Assembly (NCBI GenBank): GCA_038251425.1
Contig: JBBSBI010000001.1
Span: 11,585-75,584 of the forward strand
Length of the DNA: 64,000 nucleotides
Reading direction: 5' to 3'
Source: Polyangiales bacterium
Lineage (GTDB): Bacteria > Myxococcota_A > Polyangia > Polyangiales > Polyangiaceae
The notes below the pieces were generated by a model. The model ran no database searches. It was not told the origin of the DNA and was given only the letters and a program-made list of their open reading frames with translations. This document shows positions 45,570-55,493 of this stretch, piece by piece. Position 1 is the stretch's first letter; each line of letters begins with the position of its first letter. Made by a program: the position numbers and the translations under genes.

Positions 45570-47174
45570 CTAGCCAGAAAGCGAATCCGCGAGCTCCGCG
45601 GTGAGGCGCTCCAGCTCGGATAGGGCAAGCATCACAGTGGCAACCTCGCCCACGCCTTTGGCGACCACGAAGCGCAGTTTGTCGCCGGTTCGTTTCTTGT
45701 CGCGTACCAGGAGCTTCACGGCACTCCTCAGCTTGTCTGGGTCGAGTGTCGTTGGGAGCTGTAGCTGAGCGAGCGTGTGGCGTACTTCCGTCGTCAAAGC
45801 TTGGGGCGTTAATCCGAGACGTTCCCCGATCTTGAGGGCCGCAACCAAACCCAGACTGACGGCTTCACCGTGAGTGAGCGCCGTGTAACCCGCATCGGAT
45901 TCGAGTGCATGACCGATCGTGTGGCCGAGATTGAGCGTCGCACGGACGCCGCTCTCGCGTTGATCAACGCTCACGACGTGCGCCTTCACACGTATGGAGC
46001 GGCGCACCAAATCTTCTACGCGCGCGGGCTCGCGTGCCAAGATCGAGGCACTTTCGTCGCGGCAAATTGCAAAAAGTTGCGGATCGCCGATGAGCCCCGC
46101 TTTGACGACCTCGGCCAAGCCACTCACGAAGCCACGCGGCGACTCGGTGCTGAGGAGATCCACATCACACAGCACGCGTTTCGGCTGCCAAAAAGCCCCG
46201 ACGGAGTTCTTGGCGTCCTTGAAATCGATAGCTGTTTTGCCTCCAACAGCTGCATCCACCATGGACAGAAGCGTTGTTGGCAGCGCCACCCATGCCACGC
46301 CGCGCATCCAAGTGGCCGCCGCAAACCCTGCCATATCCGTGACAACGCCGCCTCCTAACGCCACCACCAAGCTCTTGCGATCCAGCGCGTGCGCGTGCGC
46401 GGCGTCCCAGATTTGGCTGAGCCCCGCCACGTTCTTGTGGAGTTCGCCTGGCTCAAGTTCGCACACCCCCACCGCTCGGCCCTGGCTGACGGCTGCCAAG
46501 ACCTCTGATCCGTGGAGTTGAAAGACTGTCCGATCCGTGACGAGCAGGGCGGAGGTGTGGGCTGCCAAGAGATTGGGCAGGCGCTTCACGAGCAGGCCCC
46601 GGCCCACCTCGACCGCGTAGGAGTGCTCCTCGGCAGCCACGGCTATCGGATCGGTGCGCCAAACCTCCAGCACCTGTTCAACCAACGACCCAACATCAGC
46701 GTCATCGGTTTCGAGCACGGCATGTGCCTCGAAGTAGCTGCGGGCGCGGATTTCGAGCAGGGACTGGGCGCGTGCTTCCACGTCAGCGCCTTCTAAGAGC
46801 GGCCTTCCACCCTTTGCCGCGACTCGCACGGCTACGGTTCGTGGACTGACCATCAACGTGACCACGACTGCGTCGCGCAGCGCGCGGACTCGCACGTCAC
46901 GCTGGAGCAGCGCCCCGCCGCCAAGCGCCACTACGGGAGGACTTGGGAAACGCGTTTGCCAGCCGTTGAGCAGCGCTTGCAGTTGCTCTGCTTCGACTTT
47001 GCGGAAGGCGACCTCACCGTGTTCTTTAAAGAACGCGTCGATGCTGGTCTGGAGGATCGCTTCGATCTCACTGTCCAGATCTACGAACGGACTGCCCGTA
47101 CGCTCTGCCAGCCTGCGTCCAACACTGGACTTGCCGGAAGCCATGAAACCGTTCAAAAGCAGGGGTCGTTGCAT
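45570..47174 (-). CDS. aroB: Bifunctional shikimate kinase / 3-dehydroquinate synthase (AroK-AroB fusion)
   Basis: N-terminal P-loop LNGFMASGKSSVGRRLA (AroK). C-terminal LVVALGGGVVTDMAGFAAA...PTTLLSMVDAAVGGKTAIDF...GHTIGHALE (AroB). Confidence 0.9.
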   Translation of the reverse strand: MQRPLLLNGFMASGKSSVGRRLAERTGSPFVDLDSEIEAILQTSIDAFFKEHGEVAFRKVEAEQLQALLNGWQTRFPSPPVVALGGGALLQRDVRVRALRDAVVVTLMVSPRTVAVRVAAKGGRPLLEGADVEARAQSLLEIRARSYFEAHAVLETDDADVGSLVEQVLEVWRTDPIAVAAEEHSYAVEVGRGLLVKRLPNLLAAHTSALLVTDRTVFQLHGSEVLAAVSQGRAVGVCELEPGELHKNVAGLSQIWDAAHAHALDRKSLVVALGGGVVTDMAGFAAATWMRGVAWVALPTTLLSMVDAAVGGKTAIDFKDAKNSVGAFWQPKRVLCDVDLLSTESPRGFVSGLAEVVKAGLIGDPQLFAICRDESASILAREPARVEDLVRRSIRVKAHVVSVDQRESGVRATLNLGHTIGHALESDAGYTALTHGEAVSLGLVAALKIGERLGLTPQALTTEVRHTLAQLQLPTTLDPDKLRSAVKLLVRDKKRTGDKLRFVVAKGVGEVATVMLALSELERLTAELADSLSG

Positions 47175-47316
47175 CGCTCGATCCGAAATTGCGGGGGGTA
47201 TGAGAGGGGTGGTTGGGACTCTCTACGCCGTTCGGCCACAGCCTGGAACTGGTTCGAACTAAAAAGCCCGCGCGTAGCCAGTCCGCCGGGTGTGTGGCAC
47301 ACTCAGGCCCTGCCTC

Positions 47317-48117
47317 ATGTCTCTTGTGTTCACCAAGTACGAAGGGCTCGGCAACGATTTCATCGTGGTCGACGCTATCGCTGCCAGCGTAACGCCCGAG
47401 CTGGCACGCAGCTTATGTGACCGTAATTTGGGGATCGGCGCCGACGGCGTGCTCCTGGTGTTGCCTGCAGAAAGTGCCGAAGCTCGTGCCAGAATGCTGG
47501 TTCTCAACGCCGATGGCTCCCGCCCGCAAATGTGTGGCAACGGGCTGCGTTGCGTCGCGCTCCACTTAGCCCTGAGCGATCAACAGTCGAGCGTGAGCTA
47601 CAGCATCGAAACCGACTCTGGCCTGCGGCGCGCAGACGTGGTGCGCAACGGAACGCGGGCGGAAGTGAAGCTTGGGATGGGCAAAGCGCAAATCTTGGGC
47701 GAGCGCCGGCTCCAGGTGGATCGCGGGCAGTGCACTTTTCTTGAGGTTTCTGTGGGCAATCCCCACGCGGTCACCTTTGAGCCAGGCTTCGATACGATCG
47801 CGATTGATCGCATCGCGCCGCTGGTTTCTTCGAAGATTGAGGGAGGTGCCAACATTGAGTTTGTCGTGTTGAAGGACCCGGCACACATGGATCTGGTGGT
47901 TTGGGAGCGCGGGGTCGGGCGGACCTTAGCTTGCGGCACTGGGGCGGCAGCAGCGGCGGCAGCGGCGGCTGTGACGGGCCGAATCCCCTTCAATCAGGCA
48001 GTGCAAGTGAAGCTCCCGGGCGGCGTTTTGGAGCTGATCGTGCACGAATCGAGCCTAGAGGTGGATCTGAAGGGGCCGGCACGTCAGGTGTTCAAGGGCA
48101 AAATCAGCCTCGGTTAG
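47317..48117 (+). CDS. dapF: Diaminopimelate epimerase
   Basis: FTKYEGLGNDFIVVD, and the catalytic Cys motifs MCGNGLRC and ACGTGAAAAA. Confidence 0.95.
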   Translation: MSLVFTKYEGLGNDFIVVDAIAASVTPELARSLCDRNLGIGADGVLLVLPAESAEARARMLVLNADGSRPQMCGNGLRCVALHLALSDQQSSVSYSIETDSGLRRADVVRNGTRAEVKLGMGKAQILGERRLQVDRGQCTFLEVSVGNPHAVTFEPGFDTIAIDRIAPLVSSKIEGGANIEFVVLKDPAHMDLVVWERGVGRTLACGTGAAAAAAAAAVTGRIPFNQAVQVKLPGGVLELIVHESSLEVDLKGPARQVFKGKISLG

Positions 48118-48158
48118 CTCTGCTTCATCGCTCAAAATTCGGCCCAATTGGCGCTGGC

Positions 48159-51086
48159 ATGTTAGCCGCCTACGGTATGCATGAGGACCGATCTGTTTTT
48201 GGTGAACCCGCACGTGACGCCCGGACGGAGTTTGTCGAAGGCTTCTCGCGCCGGTTGGTTGGCCTGCGTGAGGCACTCTCTGCCCTAAAGTCCCGCCCGG
48301 ACGACAAATCCATTCGAGACCATCTCCAGCGCCGACTCCACGCAGTCGCCACCGCCACTCAGGTTTTGGGCCTCTCCAGTGCGTCGGAGGCTCTGCTCGA
48401 CGCCGTGCGTCTGCTGGAACAAACCGCGCGATCGGGCGTCAGCCCCGAACAGCTCCAGACCCTCACGCGCGTGCTCGAAATTGTGCCCCAGTTGCTGCAC
48501 GAGCGCCCTCCGCCGGCCACCGAGGAAGTGCCCACCGCGAGCCCCATGCACGTGCTGGTCTTCGGGGCGCCGTTCATCGTGGCAGGCCTCACCGAGGGCC
48601 GCCGACGCATCGAATGTTTCCTGACCGAGGATTTCTCTGAAGCCCTGGAGCACCTGCGAACCCACGGCCCCAACGTCGCCATCGTGGACAGCGGCGCACG
48701 CCAAGCGCGCCAGCTGATTCGGGCGATAACCAGCGACGGCTCAACAGAAGCCATCCCCGTGCTCGTGCTCACCCCCCCCGGCGAGGGCAACGACCAGCAC
48801 TTTATCCAAGCGGGGGCCGCCGGCGTCTTACGGCTGCCGTTGAGTCCAGAAGACCTCAGAAAAGCCCTATTCTCCTTCGGCACCGTTAAAAGCTCGGGAC
48901 TCAGCCAAGCGGGCCTTGGCAGCCTGGACCTCCAAACACTCTCCAAGAAAATCGCTGAAGAAATCCAGGCGGGCCTCGTGGATTCTGCGCTCACCGACAC
49001 CGATGAGCTCGCGATCGATTTCGGACAAGGGAGTGAGGTCATCGCGGCCGTTTGGGGAGCGTTAGCCAAGGTCCGGCAGGTCGTCGCGCTCGCCTCCTCG
49101 GGGCAAGTGCGGTTCAAGGAAAGCGGCCCGCTCGGTGGCGTGGTGCTGGAGAGCCTGTCGAGCCGTGGTGGAGTCGCACGCGACGCTGGGAGTTCATCCC
49201 AGGTTGAGCTGAAGGGTCGTAAAGTTGTCGTGGCGGACGACGATCCCGCCATCGTCTGGCTACTCTCAGATGTGCTCCGAAGTGTCGGGATGCAGGTGTT
49301 TGAAGCCAAGGATGGGGAGCAGGCGCTGGAACTCGTTCGGGATAATTGGCCTGACCTCCTGATCACCGATGTCGTGATGCCGAAGCTAGACGGACTCGAA
49401 CTGTGCCGTCAGCTGAAACGCGACATCGCAGTGCGCGACGTGCCCGTGATTCTCCTTTCCTGGAAGGAAGATCTCCTGCAGCGGGTTCGCGAGCTGGGTG
49501 TGGTTGCCGACGGCTACATCCGGAAGGAGACCGACGCTAGCACCTTGATGGAACGCGTGCGCGAAGTCCTGCGTCCCCGGGCCCGCGTCGAAACGCGCCT
49601 CTTAGCGCGCGCCCCCGTGAGTGGGCGCCTCGATGGATTAACACCTCGTTGGTTGCTGGATAGTACGCGGCGGAACCTCGAAAATGCTCGAATTCAGCTG
49701 CGAGATGCGGCCTACGTGTACGAAGTCGAGCTGCGTGAGGGCGAACCGGTGACCGCGACACGAACCAACGGCGAGGGGATGGTGGAGCGCGGCCGGGGCA
49801 TGCTGCGCGCCTTTCTCGGCGTGAGCGCGGGTCGCTTCGAGGTAAAACCAGAGAACACTCCGCTTGAGCGAGAACTATTCGGCTCCCTGGAAGAGCAGAT
49901 CTTGCCGCTCATTGATGCTGCACGCGAGATTGCGCACCAGCTGATCTCCTCGGCGTTGCTCAATATTGAACGCGTTGAGCTCGATCGCGACATGGCTTTA
50001 GGCTACCTAGCCTCAACTCCCCTCTCCGCGCGCCTTCTCACCGAACGCCTGCTCGCTTCAGCTTCACCCCGGGAACTAGTCCTTTCAGGTGAATTTTCGC
50101 CAAGTTCGGTGCATTCGGTGCTTTGGGATCTCAATCAGCACGGCGCCATTCAACGGCTGGATACCGTGGATCTTTCACTCTGTGTGCCGGAGGTCGCAGC
50201 TGCTCCCTATGGCTTCAGTTTTCAGCTCTCTCCAGAGCCGCCAAGAGCGTTCCCGCACGCAAGCGATGCCACGTCTTTCCAAACTTCGGAGCTCACGCCC
50301 GTTGATTTGGGGTCCGCGCTCGTCAGCTTGGCAGCCAACGACAGCCCGGAACCTGCGCCCGTGGCCGCGGCGGTTCAGACGCACCGAGAAGCCAGTGTTC
50401 CGAGCCCGGAACCCAGCGATGAAAGCCCTGTCGATGCAGTGATCGCAGCTGAAGCGATCGGCTTTGGTGGGACGCCGGATGCCCCGAGCACTGAAGCCCT
50501 CTGGCCAGACGACACCGACGAAGTTTCACCGGCAGCCCCGCCCGTCGCGAACGGGGACGCGAAAGCAGAGCCGTTTCCAAGAAACCTCAAAAGTCGGGCT
50601 AAACATTGGGCAAAGGCCATCGCTCCTCCGGCGGCGGCGGCAATGGTTGCCTTCGGCTTGGTTCGCTACCTGGTCGTGCCGAGCCTACAGCCAAGCGCGG
50701 GCGACAACGCGCTGCCGAATGCTGTGCCGCAGACGGCGGCAGCCGCGAAAGGACCCGCGACAGGCAGCGAACCGGCAGGCGCGAAGCCACTCGCCAAGGC
50801 CGCGGCTAGCCCCCCGCAAATTGAAGTTTTACCGCCACCGGAAGGGATCCCGGTGCCCCAGGGATTGGGGCTGCTGCTGCTTGAAACAGGTGCGCGTCAC
50901 AGCTTTTACCTGGATGGCGACTTCATCGGTGTCGGCCCGCGGAGGTACGCCCAATTACGGCCCGGACAGCACGAGATCAAGCTCCAGTTGGCGAGTGAAC
51001 AACAGACCTTCAGTGTCACCATTACGCCAGGGAAAATGACACGCGTGCGACCCGCCGAGGGTTTGCCCACTCCGGCTACTCCTTAA
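48159..51086 (+). CDS. Large multidomain receiver protein (helical N-region, degenerate and canonical REC, DUF4388-like region, P/A-rich segment, TM, PEGA-like C-terminus)
   Basis: Canonical REC: KVVVADDDPAIVWLL...PDLLITDVVMPKLDGLELC...PVILLSWK. DUF4388-like: GRLDGLTPRWLLDSTRRNLENARIQL. TM: AMVAFGLVRYLVV. C-terminus: FYLDGDFIGVGPRRYAQLRPGQHEIKL. The start is taken after dapF. Confidence 0.7.
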   Translation: MLAAYGMHEDRSVFGEPARDARTEFVEGFSRRLVGLREALSALKSRPDDKSIRDHLQRRLHAVATATQVLGLSSASEALLDAVRLLEQTARSGVSPEQLQTLTRVLEIVPQLLHERPPPATEEVPTASPMHVLVFGAPFIVAGLTEGRRRIECFLTEDFSEALEHLRTHGPNVAIVDSGARQARQLIRAITSDGSTEAIPVLVLTPPGEGNDQHFIQAGAAGVLRLPLSPEDLRKALFSFGTVKSSGLSQAGLGSLDLQTLSKKIAEEIQAGLVDSALTDTDELAIDFGQGSEVIAAVWGALAKVRQVVALASSGQVRFKESGPLGGVVLESLSSRGGVARDAGSSSQVELKGRKVVVADDDPAIVWLLSDVLRSVGMQVFEAKDGEQALELVRDNWPDLLITDVVMPKLDGLELCRQLKRDIAVRDVPVILLSWKEDLLQRVRELGVVADGYIRKETDASTLMERVREVLRPRARVETRLLARAPVSGRLDGLTPRWLLDSTRRNLENARIQLRDAAYVYEVELREGEPVTATRTNGEGMVERGRGMLRAFLGVSAGRFEVKPENTPLERELFGSLEEQILPLIDAAREIAHQLISSALLNIERVELDRDMALGYLASTPLSARLLTERLLASASPRELVLSGEFSPSSVHSVLWDLNQHGAIQRLDTVDLSLCVPEVAAAPYGFSFQLSPEPPRAFPHASDATSFQTSELTPVDLGSALVSLAANDSPEPAPVAAAVQTHREASVPSPEPSDESPVDAVIAAEAIGFGGTPDAPSTEALWPDDTDEVSPAAPPVANGDAKAEPFPRNLKSRAKHWAKAIAPPAAAAMVAFGLVRYLVVPSLQPSAGDNALPNAVPQTAAAAKGPATGSEPAGAKPLAKAAASPPQIEVLPPPEGIPVPQGLGLLLLETGARHSFYLDGDFIGVGPRRYAQLRPGQHEIKLQLASEQQTFSVTITPGKMTRVRPAEGLPTPATP

Positions 51087-51112
51087 GGCCAAGACGTCAT
51101 ACAGTCAGAGCC

Positions 51113-52483
51113 ATGCGCGATGGACAACGCTACCAAGTGATCGAGAAGATCGCCGCCGGCGGCATGGCGGAGGTGTATCGCGGGGAGAGCGCCGGCATCG
51201 AGGGCTTTCGGAAACAGGTTGCGATCAAACGTGTCCTCACCAAGCTCTCCGCCAATCAAGAATTCATCGAAATGTTCCTGGATGAAGCGCGCTTGTGCGC
51301 GTTTCTGAATCACTCCAAGTGCGTGCAGGTCTTCGATATCGGACAGGCAACGGGCTCGCATTTCATCGTGATGGAGTTCGTGGACGGCGCGGATCTCAAA
51401 GCCGTGCTCGATCATTTGGCTAGCCAGAATCGCCGGTTGCTGCCCGAGGTGGCATTGCTCATCGCAGCTCAAATTTGCGAAGGGCTCGCCTACGCACACG
51501 ATTGCAAAGATCATCGCGGTGAGCCGCTCAATATCGTGCACCGCGACGTCTCCCCCCACAACGTGCTGATGACGAAGTACGGTGAAGTCAAGCTGGTGGA
51601 TTTTGGCCTAGCCAAAGCCAGCTCCCACCTTACGGACGAAGATGAGGGCATGGTAAAAGGTAAATTCGGCTATTTGGCGCCGGAAATCTGCCTAGGCAAG
51701 AGCGCCGACAAGCGCGTGGATATTTTCGCTGCGGGCATCTTACTTTGGGAAATGTTAGCCGGTCGCCGGCTGTTTCTCGGTGAGAGCGATCTGGAAACCT
51801 TCAAGCTGGTGCGCGCCGCCGAGGTCCCCGATATTCGGACCATCCGCGACGACGTGAGCGCGGACGTCCAGGCTGTGCTCGCCAAAGCGCTCGCTAAAGA
51901 TCCGGAGGAGCGTTTCCAAACTGCGGATGACTACGCCGCGGCACTGATGGCCGCGTTGGTTCGCCTGGGGCAGCCTGCCTCTTACCAAGACTTGGCAGAG
52001 ATCGTGAAGGACACAGCGGCTGCGCGAAAGCCTGCGAAAAAAGCCGAAAAGGCGGACGCCAGCGCGTTTATCGGCGATGTGATCATTGAGGCGCTGCACT
52101 CCTTTTCGGATGGGCACGTTGAACGGGTCGCCTCTCGCCTGCCCTCCCGAGCCGTCCGCTCCCGGGCCGCGGGTGCGTTCGAGAATCCGGCAGACTGGAA
52201 CCTGGATGACATGCTTGGAGATTTCGGGGCCGATCCCGCGCAACCGGTGGTGAAGCAGAGCCCCATCGAGCCTGTACCGCAACCGCTCATCGCTGCACCC
52301 AACCCTGCCGCCATGGCGCCTCCTCCGCCGCCGACTCGCACGGCGGGATTGCCCAGCATGAAAGCGTCGCACGAGCCCGTTCCCAATAAAGTAGGGACCA
52401 TGGGATCCCCCGCGGCCGCTCCACCCAAGGCACCGGGAGCAGAAAAGACTGGTGCGTGGTGGAAGCGTTGGTGGGACGCCTAG
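51113..52483 (+). CDS. Serine/threonine protein kinase (Hanks type) with P/A-rich tail
   Basis: GGMAEVY, VAIKRV, HRDVSPHNVL, DFGLAK, and APE motifs. Confidence 0.9.
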   Translation: MRDGQRYQVIEKIAAGGMAEVYRGESAGIEGFRKQVAIKRVLTKLSANQEFIEMFLDEARLCAFLNHSKCVQVFDIGQATGSHFIVMEFVDGADLKAVLDHLASQNRRLLPEVALLIAAQICEGLAYAHDCKDHRGEPLNIVHRDVSPHNVLMTKYGEVKLVDFGLAKASSHLTDEDEGMVKGKFGYLAPEICLGKSADKRVDIFAAGILLWEMLAGRRLFLGESDLETFKLVRAAEVPDIRTIRDDVSADVQAVLAKALAKDPEERFQTADDYAAALMAALVRLGQPASYQDLAEIVKDTAAARKPAKKAEKADASAFIGDVIIEALHSFSDGHVERVASRLPSRAVRSRAAGAFENPADWNLDDMLGDFGADPAQPVVKQSPIEPVPQPLIAAPNPAAMAPPPPPTRTAGLPSMKASHEPVPNKVGTMGSPAAAPPKAPGAEKTGAWWKRWWDA

Positions 52484-52543
52484 CCAAGCTGTTAGAAACC
52501 CGCACCCCCGCCGGGCGATCCCGGCGAATGAGATAGGTGCGCC

Positions 52544-54403
52544 ATGTTCTCCTGGTTTGAAAGTCGTTTAGATCCTTTTCCTCCGGCAGAACCGACCCAG
52601 CCGCCTAAGACACTGCTGGCATTTTGTCGTCACTACACGGCAGGCGCTTGGCGGCCCATTGCCGTGATGGCGGCGCTCACGTCCCTCATCGCGGTCTTCG
52701 AAGTTTCGATGTTTTCCTTCCTCGGCAACATCGTCGATTGGTTGGGGAAATACCGACAGGCAACGTTCTTCACCGAAGCACGCACGGAGCTCCTGTTGAT
52801 GGCGGCGGTGGTGCTGATTGCGCTGCCGCTGACCGTCTATGTTCATTCGAGCATCATTCACCAAACGCTGCTCGGCAATTATCCGATGCGGATCCGCTGG
52901 GCGGTGCATCGCTATTTGATCCGACAGTCGATGACCTTCTTTCAACATGAGTTCTCGGGGCGTGTCGCCACCAAGCTCATGCAAACGGCCCTCGCAGTGC
53001 GCGAAAGCGTGATGAAGCTGCTGGACGTTTTGAACTACGTGGCCGTCTATTTTTTGGGGGCTGTGGTGATTGCCGCTCGCGCTGATTGGCGGCTGATGTT
53101 GCCGTTTTTGGTGTGGTTGGTGGGCTATGTGGGCCTGCTACGCTTTTTCGTTCCTCGGCTGCAAAAGGTGGCAGAAGAGCAAGCCAATGCCCGCTCCGTG
53201 ATGACGGGGCGCATCGTGGACAGTTACACGAACATTGCGACCGTGAAGCTGTTCTCGCATACCAAGCGCGAGGAAGCCTACGCTAAGGAAGGCATGCAGG
53301 AATTCTTGGGCTCTGTGCACCGCCAGATGCGCCTGATCACCTTGCTCTACATCACGCTCTACTTGCTCAATGCTTTGCTCTTGTTCAGTGCCGGTTGGCT
53401 TGCGCTCGGGCTCTGGTCCCAAGGGGCGGTCACGATTGGCGCTGTGGCAGTTGCGATTGGGCTGATTCTGCGCCTGAGTGGCATGTCCCAGTGGATCATG
53501 TGGGAGGCGTCTGCCCTATTTGAAAACATCGGCACGGTGGAAGACGGAATCAGCTCGATTTCGCTGCCGCGCGTGGTTGAAGACCCACCCGACGCGCCTT
53601 TACTCAAGGTGAGCGAGGGGCGAATTGAGGTGCGCGATGTGCACTTCCATTACGGCAAGGGCAGTGGTGTTTTAGACGGCGTGAGCTTGCAGGTGAAGCC
53701 GGGCGAACGCGTTGGAATTGTGGGTCGCTCCGGCGCCGGCAAGTCAACACTTGTAAACCTGCTATTGCGATTTTATGATGTCGAGGGTGGGCAGATCCTA
53801 ATCGATGGTCAGGACATTTCGAAAGTCTCGCAAGATTCGCTACGGGCCAATATCGGCATGGTGACGCAAGACACCTCGCTCTTGCATCGTTCGGTGCGCG
53901 AAAATATCCTGTACGGGCGCCCCGACGCGACACCAGAAATGCTGAAAGAGGCCTCCGATCGAGCCGAAGCCTCAGCCTTCATCGAACAACTTTCGGACCC
54001 GAAGGGCCGCCAAGGCTACGATGCGCACGTGGGCGAACGGGGAGTGACGCTTTCAGGCGGGCAACGTCAGCGTGTCGCGATTGCGCGGGTCATGCTCAAG
54101 GACGCGCCCATTCTGATCCTTGATGAAGCCACCTCGGCTCTGGATTCAGAGGTCGAAGCGGCCATCCAACAGAACCTAGGAAAGCTGATGGCTGGCAAGA
54201 CGGTGATCGCCATCGCACACCGGCTCTCCACCATCGCCGCACTCGATCGCTTAATCGTGATCGACCAGGGGAAAGTCACCGAAGCGGGCACGCACCAGGA
54301 ACTGATCGCGAACGGCGGCCTCTACGCTCAGCTGTGGGCCCGCCAATCCGGTGGATTTTTGGGAGCTGATAAGGCTGACCCCGCGGTGGACGCCACTCAA
54401 TAG
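52544..54403 (+). CDS. ABC exporter, fused permease/ATPase (MsbA/multidrug type)
   Basis: Six TM helices in the N-half. GRSGAGKSTL, LSGGQRQRVAIARV, ILILDEATSALD. Confidence 0.9.
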   Translation: MFSWFESRLDPFPPAEPTQPPKTLLAFCRHYTAGAWRPIAVMAALTSLIAVFEVSMFSFLGNIVDWLGKYRQATFFTEARTELLLMAAVVLIALPLTVYVHSSIIHQTLLGNYPMRIRWAVHRYLIRQSMTFFQHEFSGRVATKLMQTALAVRESVMKLLDVLNYVAVYFLGAVVIAARADWRLMLPFLVWLVGYVGLLRFFVPRLQKVAEEQANARSVMTGRIVDSYTNIATVKLFSHTKREEAYAKEGMQEFLGSVHRQMRLITLLYITLYLLNALLLFSAGWLALGLWSQGAVTIGAVAVAIGLILRLSGMSQWIMWEASALFENIGTVEDGISSISLPRVVEDPPDAPLLKVSEGRIEVRDVHFHYGKGSGVLDGVSLQVKPGERVGIVGRSGAGKSTLVNLLLRFYDVEGGQILIDGQDISKVSQDSLRANIGMVTQDTSLLHRSVRENILYGRPDATPEMLKEASDRAEASAFIEQLSDPKGRQGYDAHVGERGVTLSGGQRQRVAIARVMLKDAPILILDEATSALDSEVEAAIQQNLGKLMAGKTVIAIAHRLSTIAALDRLIVIDQGKVTEAGTHQELIANGGLYAQLWARQSGGFLGADKADPAVDATQ

Positions 54404-54515
54404 CCGGGCCGGCCTTCCTCGCCCTTCCCCGGCCTTCCCTTTGGCCTGTGTTGGCTCGAATCCTCAAGGCATGCAGCTCCGGCTAGCAAACCAATCGAAC
54501 CTGCGCAGAGCTCGC

Positions 54516-55466
54516 TCAGAATACTAGGAGCGCACGCAGATCATCGGGGGTGGCCTTGTCGAGCACGTCGATCGCCTTCGCGATTTCCTTCTCGTCTCCG
54601 ACGGGTAGCCGGATCTGAAAGCGCACATAGAGATCGCCGACCTTCTCACCGCGCTTAACACCCCGTTCTTTTAAGCGCAGCACCTGACCGCTCTGCGCTT
54701 TTTCTGGCACGGTGAGCGTCACATCGCCGGAGGGAGTTGGCACGCGCACTTTGGCTCCGCGATAGGCTTCCCCGACAGAAATGGGCAAATCTAAGTATAA
54801 ATCCAGGCCATCTCGGTCGAAGTACGGGTGGGGCTTCACGCGAATCGTGAGCACCAGATCGCCCGGGGGGCCGCCGTGCGGACCGGGGGCGCCATGACCC
54901 CGCAGGCGAACCTTGTCGCCGTCGGCCGCACCGGGCGGGATGCGAACAGTGAGCTCATCTCCCCCATCCTGCACTCGCAACTTTAGGTTAACTCCAGTTA
55001 GAGCTGCCGCAAAATCGACTGTCACTTCGCTCGCGACATCCGAGCCTTTCGGAGCTGCGCGTGGACCCCCTTGTTGTGCTGCCCGCGCTCGCCCGCCAAA
55101 AAGATCCCCAAAAAGGTCCCCGATGTTGGCACCACTGCTGCCAAACAGATCCTCAGCGCTGCCCGTTTCATTCCCACGCCGGAAGCGCACTCGTCCGCCC
55201 CCGCCGCTCCTATAGGCTCGCGCAGCGTCGGCATCGAAACCTTCGCGCAAGCCATCTTCGCCAAAATCGTCGTACAGCTTGCGTTTGGCCTCATCGCCCA
55301 GGATCTGGTTGGCGCGATTGATCGACTTGAACTTGGTTTCCGCTGTCTTGTCGTCGGGGCGCTTGTCAGGATGAAATTTGGCCGCAAGCTTCCGATACGC
55401 TTTGCGGATTTCATCCTGCGTCGCGGTCTTTGGGACTCCCAGTTCTGCGTAATAGTCGGCCGCCAT
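54516..55466 (-). CDS. cbpA: DnaJ-class co-chaperone lacking the zinc-finger domain (CbpA-like)
   Basis: J-domain YYAELGVPKTATQDEIRKAYRKLAAKFHPDK. G/F region. Two C-terminal beta domains. No CxxCxGxG repeats. Confidence 0.8.
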   Translation of the reverse strand: MAADYYAELGVPKTATQDEIRKAYRKLAAKFHPDKRPDDKTAETKFKSINRANQILGDEAKRKLYDDFGEDGLREGFDADAARAYRSGGGGRVRFRRGNETGSAEDLFGSSGANIGDLFGDLFGGRARAAQQGGPRAAPKGSDVASEVTVDFAAALTGVNLKLRVQDGGDELTVRIPPGAADGDKVRLRGHGAPGPHGGPPGDLVLTIRVKPHPYFDRDGLDLYLDLPISVGEAYRGAKVRVPTPSGDVTLTVPEKAQSGQVLRLKERGVKRGEKVGDLYVRFQIRLPVGDEKEIAKAIDVLDKATPDDLRALLVF

Positions 55467-55493
55467 CTGTCGAGGCCCAAGCTAAGGCGGCGC

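Noticed and set aside
47901-48158. N-terminal 86 codons of the 1061-aa track ORF
   Set aside because: They overlap the 3' end of dapF in another frame and are Gly/Arg-rich. A sensible ATG at 48159 follows the dapF stop.
48359-49366. 335-aa minus-strand ORF
   Set aside because: It is antisense to the large receiver-protein gene. Its composition is Ser/Arg/Pro-rich, typical of mirror frames in GC-rich DNA, and it has no motifs.
52509-52526. Perfect GC hairpin CGCCGGG-CGAT-CCCGGCG after the kinase gene, considered as a terminator
   Set aside because: No U-tract follows, and the next gene starts 18 nt later on the same strand. It cannot be supported as an intrinsic terminator.
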